Below are positions 49,122 through 58,185 of a DNA stretch of 64,000 nucleotides, piece after piece. The DNA is from Acidimicrobiia bacterium. Its GTDB lineage: Bacteria > Actinomycetota > Acidimicrobiia > Spongiisociales > ZC4RG35. Location: NCBI GenBank assembly GCA_028284765.1, contig JANQRA010000003.1:144500-208499 (forward strand). Reading direction: 5' to 3'. Every line of letters begins with the position of its first letter. Within the stretch, counting starts at the first letter, position 1. Position numbers and translations under genes: made by a program. A model generated the notes under the pieces. The model saw only the letters and a list, made by a program, of their open reading frames with translations, made no database searches and was not told where the DNA came from.

Positions 49122-51791
49122 ATGGAACTCCGACGGCTAAGCAGGGCCCTGAGCGGCCGATGGGCGACCGTGATCGCAATCGGGCTCGTTGGCGTTATTG
49201 CGGCACTCGCGTTCACATCCATATCCAACCGGACCCCTGGTGACACGGTCATTGCGACGGCCGCAATTCGGTTTGAGCCCGATGAGGGTCAGACGATCGC
49301 TGACCTCGCGCCTGAGATCGAGGCAGCTCGCGGCTTTGCGATCATCGCAGCGGAAGAACAGATCCTGGCTGATCCCGACATCGTGATCGAGGCCGATCTC
49401 GGTGGTGGCCGGCTGGTGTTCACGACCCAAGCTCCGAGTCAGGCCGAAGCGGCCCGCAAGGCCGCCGAACTAGTCGACGCCTTCAACCAGATCGATCCAA
49501 CGCTGGGTGGTCAGGTCGATGACGAGATGGAGAGCTTGCGATTGGAAGCTGCGTCGATCGCCGACCAGCTTCAGGCGCTAGAAGATCAGCTGTCACAGCC
49601 GGACCCCCAGGACGTCCTACTGGCAGAAAGGCTTGACTCACAGATCAACGGGATAAACCAGCGGTTGGGCGAACTGGACATCCTCGAAGCCGGTGCCGAC
49701 GCTGAGACCAGAGCTGCGATCATCCTCGAGCGCGCGAACCTCAACAACCTCTTGGCCGAGACGCTTGCGGAACGAGAAGCGCTTGGTGATGTCGAGCCAG
49801 CGCAGCTGTCGCCGGGAGACCTGCTGCTGCAGCAAACCCTTCAGAATCGGCTGACCAGCATCGCATCGGAATTCGAGCGCCTGTACCTGCGGCAGCAGGG
49901 TGTTGAGGGTATTGGTGTCCTCGAGCCCACAACCTTCTCCGACTTGAACTCTGCACCGGCCAACGCATGGGTGAATGCGGCCGTTGGATTCCTGGGTGGA
50001 GTCCTCATTGCCGTGTTTGCGCTCATGTTCTTGGCGAGGACACGGCGGACCGTTCTCCTTCCGGAAGACGTTGCGGTGCCGGTACTCGGCTCCATCCCGT
50101 CACGGGAGGTTGGCTTCTCGCTGCCTGACCGGTGGTACGACGAGGCCGAAGGAGGGCCACGCAAGACTGCCATCCAGGCACTGCGCTCCTCGGTCGAAGC
50201 TTTGGTCCCGATGTCCGGCGAAACGATCGCCATCTCACGTCATGCGGCGCCCGGTCGTGACGTCCAGGGCCTCGCCGTAGACCTCGCGTCCTCCCTAGCT
50301 ACGGCGGGAACCAGTGTTTTGGTGATCGATGCCGACTGGCATGTTCAATCTCAAATCGGCGCATCACGGGTGGGTGGCGAGACACTGGCCAGTGTTCTAG
50401 CTCTCGATCCGGCCGCACCGGAGTACCCGGCCCGGGTTGACCATGCGGCAGAGAGCGCACACCTGATTCGGAACGGGCTCTCGGTCCTGCCCTCGGGAAC
50501 TCCGCCCGCTTCTGCGGCAGACGCCCTGGCTGGTCGCCAGTTCCGGGCCCTCCTCTCAGCAGCCCAGGACCGTTACGACGTGGTGATTGTTGTGGTTGAT
50601 GCCATCGAGTCGCCAGCCGCCCAAGTGGCGATGCAGCGTGTGAATCACGCACTCGTCGTGGTCACGCCCGGTTCCACCACGATGCCAGACCTCAACGGCC
50701 ACCTCGAAGACCTGCACCGTCTCCGGGTGTCCGTCCTGGGTGCGGTGTTCCTCAGCAAGCACGACCGGGTCCAGTCCTTCTTCAGAAGTCGGTCTGCGGG
50801 CAAGAGCACAGAAAGCTCATCAGTAGCGGAGGCACCGTCGGCTGCCCCGCCGAAGAAGCCGAAGTCAAGTCGACGCAAGAAGGAGGAAGAAGGGCCGCCA
50901 CCTCCGTCACCCATCAGCCGCCTGCAGAACTACCCCATCCCCGATGAGCGCAGGACTGGCCTGTTGCCGCAGAACACCTTGCGTGATCTGGCTGACGAGA
51001 TCAGCCCGATGGACATGGTGGTCGACGAAGGCAGCCTGGGAGATGAGTTGCTTGCTGTGCTGTCCACGTCTGCCAATCCACAGGCCTATCCCGCAGTTGC
51101 CGAGTATCTGGTGGCTCGGATCGAAGACATGGTCACCGCCCAGCACGGTCTTGGCGACCTCTCGCCCGAATTGGTCGATCAAGTCGCAGAAGATGGATTC
51201 GTCTCGTTGCGAGCGCTGCGTGGCCACCGGACGGCAGGGTCTTGGTTGCGTCAGGAGATCGAGCGGGAGGCGGGAGAGTTCACCGCCGACAACATCATCT
51301 CGCAGATGGAGCGCATCCTGGGCGGAGGTATCGATGAAGAGGTCTCGATCGATGAGTGGCTCATAAAAGAGTTCTTCAAGAGACATCTGGCAAAGACTGA
51401 GGGTCAACCCTCGATCTGGCATCTAACAGGCCCGGGTCAAGCGGTCGACATCCTCGTTCCAGCCCGGAGGCTCAACTCCGAGCGGCTTTCTGACATCCTG
51501 CGAAACGTCGTGTCTAACGGTCGGGACGAGATGGTTCGTTTCCGACACTCGGCGATGGCTCATGGCGATCATGAGCAAGCGGGACTGTTCGACACGCGTA
51601 TTGCGGAGTTCGATCGGTTCGAGTCTGCTCTCCAGTCTGTGGCCACTGGCAAGTACGGAAAGACGGAAGCGTGGGAGCCGGACTGGACGAAAGGTACCCG
51701 CTCCAATCTCGCCGTCTTCCAAGATGCGGGCCTGATCCCGTTCCCGGTCCTGTCACAACAGGAGATGGACGCCACTTTGGTGTCTGCCTGA
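49122..51791 (+). CDS. Wzc/CpsCD-like polysaccharide co-polymerase with degenerate kinase domain and extra C-terminal domain
   Basis: TM, coiled coil, TM, PVLGSIP, ALRSS, VLVIDAD, LSVLPSG, VLGAVF; then a Pro/Lys linker and about 280 further residues. Confidence 0.8.
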   Translation: MELRRLSRALSGRWATVIAIGLVGVIAALAFTSISNRTPGDTVIATAAIRFEPDEGQTIADLAPEIEAARGFAIIAAEEQILADPDIVIEADLGGGRLVFTTQAPSQAEAARKAAELVDAFNQIDPTLGGQVDDEMESLRLEAASIADQLQALEDQLSQPDPQDVLLAERLDSQINGINQRLGELDILEAGADAETRAAIILERANLNNLLAETLAEREALGDVEPAQLSPGDLLLQQTLQNRLTSIASEFERLYLRQQGVEGIGVLEPTTFSDLNSAPANAWVNAAVGFLGGVLIAVFALMFLARTRRTVLLPEDVAVPVLGSIPSREVGFSLPDRWYDEAEGGPRKTAIQALRSSVEALVPMSGETIAISRHAAPGRDVQGLAVDLASSLATAGTSVLVIDADWHVQSQIGASRVGGETLASVLALDPAAPEYPARVDHAAESAHLIRNGLSVLPSGTPPASAADALAGRQFRALLSAAQDRYDVVIVVVDAIESPAAQVAMQRVNHALVVVTPGSTTMPDLNGHLEDLHRLRVSVLGAVFLSKHDRVQSFFRSRSAGKSTESSSVAEAPSAAPPKKPKSSRRKKEEEGPPPPSPISRLQNYPIPDERRTGLLPQNTLRDLADEISPMDMVVDEGSLGDELLAVLSTSANPQAYPAVAEYLVARIEDMVTAQHGLGDLSPELVDQVAEDGFVSLRALRGHRTAGSWLRQEIEREAGEFTADNIISQMERILGGGIDEEVSIDEWLIKEFFKRHLAKTEGQPSIWHLTGPGQAVDILVPARRLNSERLSDILRNVVSNGRDEMVRFRHSAMAHGDHEQAGLFDTRIAEFDRFESALQSVATGKYGKTEAWEPDWTKGTRSNLAVFQDAGLIPFPVLSQQEMDATLVSA

Positions 51792-51795
51792 ATCG

Positions 51796-52587
51796 GTGTC
51801 GGTCGTCAGACGGCTGGCCAAGAGTGCCTTCACAGCCTCCGATCGGTTGCAGCCTGCCCCAAAAGGACCGCGGGTTCTGATATACCACCGCGTAGGCCGC
51901 TTTCTGGGCCAGCAGATGGAGGTCACCGAAGACGACTTCGCTTGGCAGTCGGATTGGCTGGCGTCCAACAGGGAAGTCGTTCCGCTCGATGAGGCTCTGA
52001 AGAGGTGGACGGACGAGGACTCCAGTGGTCTGGTTGCGATAACAATCGATGACGGATATGAGGACACATTCACCGAGGCATTTCCGATCCTCATGGAAAG
52101 GCGCCTGCCGTTCACGCTCTACGTCTCCACCGAGCACGTCGAGACCGGTGTGCCGCTGAATGCAGAGACTGGGGCGCCACCGCTGACATGGGATCAGATA
52201 CGTGAAATGCTCGATTCCGGTCTGATGACCTTGGGAGCGCACACGCACTCACATCCCGATCTCCGCAACATCGATCCCGATGACATCGAGACCGAGCTGA
52301 GAACTTCGGATGAGCTGATTGAGCAGCGCACAGGAGTCAAACCGATCCACTTTGCGTACCCGTGGGGCTACTGGTCTGGCGCAGCAGAGCAGCTGGTGGC
52401 TGAGAGGTATCAGTCGGCCGTTCTCGGATCCCCTTTCAGCGCCAAACATGAGTTTCATCCGCTACTGGTTCACCGATATCCCGTTCAATTGAGCGATGGA
52501 CGGCGGTTCTTCGAGGCGCGGCTCCGTGGTGGGATGTTGCTGGAGGAGCGGATTCGTCGCAGGCTCAGAGGCTACGAAGGGCCTTGA
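51796..52587 (+). CDS. Polysaccharide deacetylase (NodB/CE4)
   Basis: LIYHRV, ITIDDGY, GAHTHSH, FAYPWG. Confidence 0.92.
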   Translation: MSVVRRLAKSAFTASDRLQPAPKGPRVLIYHRVGRFLGQQMEVTEDDFAWQSDWLASNREVVPLDEALKRWTDEDSSGLVAITIDDGYEDTFTEAFPILMERRLPFTLYVSTEHVETGVPLNAETGAPPLTWDQIREMLDSGLMTLGAHTHSHPDLRNIDPDDIETELRTSDELIEQRTGVKPIHFAYPWGYWSGAAEQLVAERYQSAVLGSPFSAKHEFHPLLVHRYPVQLSDGRRFFEARLRGGMLLEERIRRRLRGYEGP

Positions 52588-54389
52588 TTCCGAGTTGCAG
52601 TCAGTTCGCTGAATCGCCGATTCCAGGCCTCGATTGTCACCAGCTTCATGAGTAACCACTGGTGGTTTCTCTCTCCTGACATGTGTTCGTCGAGGTGTCG
52701 TCTCACCACTCCGTGATCGATGAGGGCAGTCTGGTTTTCGAGGTTTGCCAATCGGTCATGGACGAGTTCACGAAGCGGGCCACGGAACCATGAGGCAAGT
52801 GGCAAGGACTGCCCGATCTTCCGGTTGAAGGCAAGGTTTTCGGGTAGTGACTTTCGTGCAAGCTCCCTGAGCTCACACCGGTCGGGCCCCTTGTTCGCGA
52901 GCCGGGCCAGGATTCTTGGGAACTCCGGATTGGTGTAGGGAAGAGCGGAGCGCATCCCATACGCCTCGGGCCACCGTGTCATCCAGTGGGTCCCCCGCTC
53001 CGGGTAGGTGAAGTAGTTCCACCCAAAGGACTCGACAGCGGATAGGTCGTTTAAGGGCTGGTCCCCGAAGAACGCAGCGACGCTCTCTTTGGCCGTCAAC
53101 CAAGCAGCGTCCACCAGCCCGGGCTCGGTGATGAACTGATGGATTTCGGAGTGGGGGACAGCCGGACCTAGACCATCGAGCACTGCTTCGAGCGGTCCTC
53201 GTGCGTATCGATCGAGCGAGTCTGACAGGCCTTTGATGCCTCTGATGTTGTTGAGTGGTCGCATTGCCTTAGTGGCCGCGCCAGCCACCGGCCTCGGGAT
53301 GAAACCCTGGATGAACTTCCAGCGTTCGTCGCTGCCTGTGAGGTACCAGGTGTCTGGGCCGGTGCCTCCGAATACGAGCTCGTGGCCAGCCTGGGCTACG
53401 GGGGCCAGGTTGGCCGTGTGGGCTGCGTAGCCGAATGGTGACTCGTAGTGAGCGACCATCCAATCGATGTGCTGTTCGATGAACTCAGGTCCATAGACAA
53501 TCGGCACGTGCTCGACCCCGAGATGGTTCGCAACCAGGGCTGCCTCGGAGAACTCATCGATGATCCCCACTTCGCCTGAGAACGTGAGCGTGTATGTAGT
53601 GAATTCCATTCCGAGACGGTGCATTGCTGCCGCGAGGCCGACCGAGTCGATTCCTCCTGACATGAGGAGCGCTGGCTCCATGGCTGTGGTCGAATGCCAG
53701 CTCGATATGGAGTCGCTGAGAAGTGCATCCAACTCCTCAACCGTCTCTGCTGTCGGCCTTGTCTCGTTGCGCGGTTCCCACGCTGGACGCCAGATGCGTT
53801 TGTGTTCCACGCCTCTCTCCGAGACCTGAAGAGCATGCCCGGGGATGAGACTCCTTATGGCCGCGTACATCGTTTGTCCGGGGATCAGCGAACCGAATCG
53901 AAGGCTGTTGGTGACCGCAGCGGGATCCACTTCGTCGCCGGGCCTTGCAAGCTGATCCACCCTGGTGGACCACCAGACAGAACCGCCATCGATGCGATAG
54001 GCAAGCCTCGGAGCTCCACCCGGGTGGCGTATGAGGCTGAGTGTCTGGCTCTGAGCGTCCCAGAAGGCGATCGCTGCCAACCCGAGAAGGTCTCCGAGGA
54101 CGTCCAGACCTCGCTGCTGGACCAGGCTTAGAAGCTCTTGCAGGTCGGTCCCCCAAGGCGGCCCAACAATCGTCCCCTTGACGAAGATCGCGGAACCGTC
54201 TTCAACTCTCGCGTGCGCAGTCTTGTTGCTGACGGCCACAGCCACCGTTTCGGTAAGCGTCAGTACTTGATGTGCTGGCGCTTCGGATCTGAATACCTCC
54301 ACAGCACCGTCCACCCCGGCCGGGGAGAAGACGCCAAAGAGGTCTGCGATTGGGGGCCAGGATTGTTCGGCCAGTCGGGGAGTTTTCAT
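52572..54389 (-). CDS. Asparagine synthetase-like amidotransferase/amide ligase
   Basis: LMSGGIDS PP-loop, RKIGQSLPLASW, EHMSG.RNH C-terminus; no N-terminal Cys. Confidence 0.8.
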   Translation of the reverse strand: MKTPRLAEQSWPPIADLFGVFSPAGVDGAVEVFRSEAPAHQVLTLTETVAVAVSNKTAHARVEDGSAIFVKGTIVGPPWGTDLQELLSLVQQRGLDVLGDLLGLAAIAFWDAQSQTLSLIRHPGGAPRLAYRIDGGSVWWSTRVDQLARPGDEVDPAAVTNSLRFGSLIPGQTMYAAIRSLIPGHALQVSERGVEHKRIWRPAWEPRNETRPTAETVEELDALLSDSISSWHSTTAMEPALLMSGGIDSVGLAAAMHRLGMEFTTYTLTFSGEVGIIDEFSEAALVANHLGVEHVPIVYGPEFIEQHIDWMVAHYESPFGYAAHTANLAPVAQAGHELVFGGTGPDTWYLTGSDERWKFIQGFIPRPVAGAATKAMRPLNNIRGIKGLSDSLDRYARGPLEAVLDGLGPAVPHSEIHQFITEPGLVDAAWLTAKESVAAFFGDQPLNDLSAVESFGWNYFTYPERGTHWMTRWPEAYGMRSALPYTNPEFPRILARLANKGPDRCELRELARKSLPENLAFNRKIGQSLPLASWFRGPLRELVHDRLANLENQTALIDHGVVRRHLDEHMSGERNHQWLLMKLVTIEAWNRRFSELTATRNQGPS

Positions 54390-54476
54390 GTTGATGCAGT
54401 CGGCAGAGCGCTCATCGGTTGTCGCTGATCCAGATGGGGTACAGAGGCATTATCGGTCTATCTTGTTGTCCACCGA

Positions 54477-55964
54477 ATGGCTGATGCGAGCCGGGACTCC
54501 CGGTCTTTTCGAACGGATGCCTTGTCCGGCGGTAGGTGGGGTGCGATCAGAAGTGTCGCTCTCCAGGTCTCGACCATCCTCACAACCGCAGTCCTGGCGA
54601 GATTGCTATCTGACACCGACTTCGGACTGGTGGCGATCACGGTGGTGGTGCTCACGATGTTCGACCTCATCACGAGGGTCGGGTTGGGTGCCTCCGTCGT
54701 CAGACGGGAACCGCTTACCAAGGAATTCTCCTCGACCTTCTTCTGGGCTTCTCTGATTCTCGGTCTGGTTGCTGGCGGCTTGGCCGCCTTGATCGCCGTT
54801 CCCGGCGCCAGGCTGGCGGGCAATGTAGACGCTGCGCCATTGGTCGTGCTGTCTGCAGCCACACTTCCCTTCAATCTCATGGCGCGAGTGCCGTCCGGCC
54901 TTCTCTCACGAGAGTTTCGCTTCCGCACCCTTGCGATGATCGATATCTCGGGTGCATTCGTCCACGGCATCGTCGCTATCTCATTGGCCTTTGCTGGATT
55001 CGGCGCATGGTCGGTCGTCATAGGCCAGGTGGTTCGAAGCCTCGTGATGCTGGTGGCGTCTGTGTTGGCGACCCGGTTCCGGCCCGACTTCACCATGAAC
55101 TTCGGCTTTCTTCGTGAGGAGTTGTCATTCAACGCCAGCTGGTTGAGCGCTGACTTGATCAGCTACGCCAACAAGAACGCTGACTACTGGTTCGTGGGTA
55201 ATCGCCTCGGTACTGGTGCCCTGGGCGTCTACTACGTGGCATATGTGATCCCGAACCTGCTGAGACGTCGCATCACGCAGGTCGGCCACGACGTGATCTA
55301 TCCAGTCGTCTCCAGAATCGCGGAGGACACGAAACGCATCCGATCTGTTTACCGCGAGGTGCTGTGCCTCGTCTCATTCCTGGCAGTACCGATGATGCTG
55401 GGTCTGGCGGCCGTTGCTGATCTGACGATTCTGATCGGCTTTGGCCCCGACTGGACCGAGGCAATCGACCCACTTCGTATCGTCGCCGTGTCCGCTGCAA
55501 TCACGGCCGTCACTGTCGTAGGGCAGCCCATCTTCGCAGCCATGGGCCATCCTCAGGTTCTGATACCCATCGGGATCATTCAGCTTGTGATCCTTGGCGT
55601 TGGTCTTTCCTTCTCGTTCAACGACGGCAGTCTGGTGGCAGTGTCCCTCGCTGTTTTGCTGGCGACCTCTGTCCGGTTTTTCCTGGTGGTGAGGAAACTC
55701 AAGCAGATGATCGGTGTGAGCTACCGAGCCTTCGTAGTGGCTGTCATGCCATACGTCGTTGCCTCGCTGATCATGGTCTCGGCAGTTTGGGCTCTCCGCT
55801 CAACGGTCTTCGAACCGCTCTCCGTGGTACCGGAGGCAATAGTCGCGGTTGGCGTCGGTGCCCTTCTTTACCTCGGTTCTGGGTTCTTGTTCTTTCGGAG
55901 GAGCTTCTCGGAGCAGATAGTTGCCGTTAGAGCCCTGCTGATTCCTAGTCGGAAGAAGGCTTGA
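54477..55964 (+). CDS. Wzx-type oligosaccharide flippase (PST family)
   Basis: LARLL..DFGL, GFGAWS.V, D...VG..LG..ALGVY; many TMs. Confidence 0.88.
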   Translation: MADASRDSRSFRTDALSGGRWGAIRSVALQVSTILTTAVLARLLSDTDFGLVAITVVVLTMFDLITRVGLGASVVRREPLTKEFSSTFFWASLILGLVAGGLAALIAVPGARLAGNVDAAPLVVLSAATLPFNLMARVPSGLLSREFRFRTLAMIDISGAFVHGIVAISLAFAGFGAWSVVIGQVVRSLVMLVASVLATRFRPDFTMNFGFLREELSFNASWLSADLISYANKNADYWFVGNRLGTGALGVYYVAYVIPNLLRRRITQVGHDVIYPVVSRIAEDTKRIRSVYREVLCLVSFLAVPMMLGLAAVADLTILIGFGPDWTEAIDPLRIVAVSAAITAVTVVGQPIFAAMGHPQVLIPIGIIQLVILGVGLSFSFNDGSLVAVSLAVLLATSVRFFLVVRKLKQMIGVSYRAFVVAVMPYVVASLIMVSAVWALRSTVFEPLSVVPEAIVAVGVGALLYLGSGFLFFRRSFSEQIVAVRALLIPSRKKA

Positions 55965-56862
55965 GCGGCGGCGGGAATCGATGAGCCGTAAGGCTTCCAC
56001 CATCGGATAGAACCTTGGGAAGGTGGTACTTGAGGCGTAGCGGCTGATGGTGCCTGCCGATTGCCCTTCGAAGGTTGATCATCATGCGGGTTGGCTTGCG
56101 ATACCAGAGCCGATAGAAGATGTCCCGGGCGTCGGCCCGTCTCCGAATGCGGACCTCGTCGGTGAAGGCTGCTGTGGTCGACACGCTCCCGGTATGAACA
56201 CAGGTGGCGTCGGGCACTGTCACCACTCGATACCCGAGGTGTTTGACCCGCTTGGCCAGGTCTATGTCCTCTCCGTATAGGAAGAACTGTGGGTTGAACC
56301 CACCAATCTCGCGAAGAAGGTCGGTGGGTCCCGCGACGCAGGCGCCGACCACCCACGCGACATCCACGAGTCCCTGTGATGTTGGGTAGCGAGCATTGTC
56401 ACGCCCCGGCCCTGAGAGGTTGGAGATCAGCCGCCACTCTTCTGCCAGCCCCGGGAAGTCCTCCCGCGCTGCAGGCATCGGTTGCCCAGATTCGTCAACG
56501 ATCCTGGGACCAATCAGACCTATCCGCATGTCAGTGTCGAGGGCGGCAAGGAGTTTGTCGACCATCTCGGATCCGAACTCAACGTCGTCATTGAGGATCA
56601 TCGTCACCCGACCTTCGGCGTCGGCGAGTGCCAGATTCGCAGCGTGGCCGTAGCCAGAGTTCTCAGGGTTGGCGATGACCTTGCCGTTCTGGATTGTTTG
56701 CCTGGCGATTTCGACCGATTTATCTGCTGAAGCGTTGTCCACCACGATCACCTCGTAGTCGAGGTGTTCCAGGGCGCGTTCATGGCTCTCGATGGCGTCC
56801 TTGATGCGGTCTTCGGAGTTGTAAGAGATGATCACAGCGGAGACGTCTAGTGAGTTAGGCAC
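55945..56862 (-). CDS. GT2 family glycosyltransferase (WbbL-like)
   Basis: IISYN, VVDNASAD, NSGYG.A.N, LNDD, GGFNPQFFLYGEDID. Confidence 0.9.
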   Translation of the reverse strand: MPNSLDVSAVIISYNSEDRIKDAIESHERALEHLDYEVIVVDNASADKSVEIARQTIQNGKVIANPENSGYGHAANLALADAEGRVTMILNDDVEFGSEMVDKLLAALDTDMRIGLIGPRIVDESGQPMPAAREDFPGLAEEWRLISNLSGPGRDNARYPTSQGLVDVAWVVGACVAGPTDLLREIGGFNPQFFLYGEDIDLAKRVKHLGYRVVTVPDATCVHTGSVSTTAAFTDEVRIRRRADARDIFYRLWYRKPTRMMINLRRAIGRHHQPLRLKYHLPKVLSDGGSLTAHRFPPPLKPSSD

Positions 56863-58162
56863 TATTGAAAGCCCTCCTCATGGAGTCGAGGTCGGCTCCG
56901 GTCCCGGCCTCGAAGTGTTGAGTTTGATGGCTCAAGAGCGTCCAGAGGGCACTGTTTGGTACGTCAACGTCATTGAGAGTGATGGGTTCATCCTTCGCCA
57001 GTTTCCTCGTCACCGTGACACCCGGGGCCAGCCCGATTGGCAGCCACGTCGAGTCGGAAACCTTGTCGATCTCGCCATACACGTCGTACCCGCCGATGCC
57101 ATCGATCACGGTTCCGACATCCAGGTCTCGTTTGGCCAACGACACGACCTCTGCCACCGGAGCGCCGATTGGAGCGATCGTGGGCTCGTTGTCCAGGGCG
57201 GCCTCCGCGATCGAGATGGGCGTTTCGAACTGGACGAGGTGCCATGGTCGGAAGAAGAGGTACCAAGGTCCATCGCCCATCTTCAGGTATTGGAGATAGG
57301 GGGCCGCCAACTCCTCATGCGCACCGGTCGCGATCACGAAGACTCCACTTCCGAAGTCACCGCCGAGGGTGTAGTCGACCACGCCTGTACCGGACAGGGC
57401 TGATCTGAAATCTGTCAAGGCATCGGCCATGGTGGTTTCCACGCCGTGCATGCCTCTCACTTCTGGGAGGAGGCCCGTTGCATTGGCAACAGACACGTTC
57501 TCGACGTTCATCTTCGTGCCGTCGGTAAAGGCAGTCGTCATGTGCAAGCTTGTCTTCTGCTTCTCGGCCCAGGGGCGGATGGAGTCAGGTGTGGCGTGTC
57601 TGTCGAGGAAACCCTTGCAATTGATCGCGGCAACGGTTTCCAGGCCGATTCCCTCTACGTACTCGACCAGCCTCTGCATGACACCTGGCTGATCGCCGTC
57701 ACTGCCTGTGTACACCACTCCCGATTGATCAGCGAGCACCTTGAGGATCGGTCCGACTGTGGCGTCTGTCTCGTAGTTGAGAGAGACAACATGGCATCCA
57801 GCAGCGAAAGCCTCCAGCGCTACCTTGGCCCCGAAGCTGGTGTCTCCCGTCGCCTCCACGACCACGTCGATAGAGCTCAACTCGCTGAGAATCGATGGCT
57901 CGCTGACGAGGGCGGTTTTCCCTTCGCGGACCATGTCATCCAACTGTTGGCTGCCGACTTCCTCGTCCACCGCCTCTATCCCGTTGGTCTGAAGCATCAT
58001 GTTCGCCCGCTCCGCAGACCGTGCGATCACCAGGGATGGTGTCATTCCAGGGGTCAGTTTCAACTGGTGGATGAGACCTCGAGCGACGAACCCCGAACCC
58101 ACGACAGCCACCCTGATGTGACGCCCGGACTGTTCGGCTTCTTGGAGTCTTCTGAAGATCAT
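56855..58162 (-). CDS. Homoserine-dehydrogenase-like NAD(P) oxidoreductase with C-terminal SAF domain
   Basis: GSGFVA, VEATG, DGDQPG, FTDGTK, RPWHL, AKRDL, DGIGGY, LPIGL; start ATG 58162 after GGAGG. Confidence 0.85.
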   Translation of the reverse strand: MIFRRLQEAEQSGRHIRVAVVGSGFVARGLIHQLKLTPGMTPSLVIARSAERANMMLQTNGIEAVDEEVGSQQLDDMVREGKTALVSEPSILSELSSIDVVVEATGDTSFGAKVALEAFAAGCHVVSLNYETDATVGPILKVLADQSGVVYTGSDGDQPGVMQRLVEYVEGIGLETVAAINCKGFLDRHATPDSIRPWAEKQKTSLHMTTAFTDGTKMNVENVSVANATGLLPEVRGMHGVETTMADALTDFRSALSGTGVVDYTLGGDFGSGVFVIATGAHEELAAPYLQYLKMGDGPWYLFFRPWHLVQFETPISIAEAALDNEPTIAPIGAPVAEVVSLAKRDLDVGTVIDGIGGYDVYGEIDKVSDSTWLPIGLAPGVTVTRKLAKDEPITLNDVDVPNSALWTLLSHQTQHFEAGTGADLDSMRRAFNSA

Positions 58163-58185
58163 CGGGTGTAGCCTCCACGAACGTT

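Noticed and set aside
52572..54389. Lasso peptide cyclase cluster
   Set aside because: No B1/B2 proteins or precursor peptide are visible nearby, and the context is glycan biosynthesis.
54528..54539. ops/JUMPstart-like GGCGGTAG near the flippase start
   Set aside because: It lies inside the CDS, lacks the downstream TG, and is expected by chance in GC-rich DNA.
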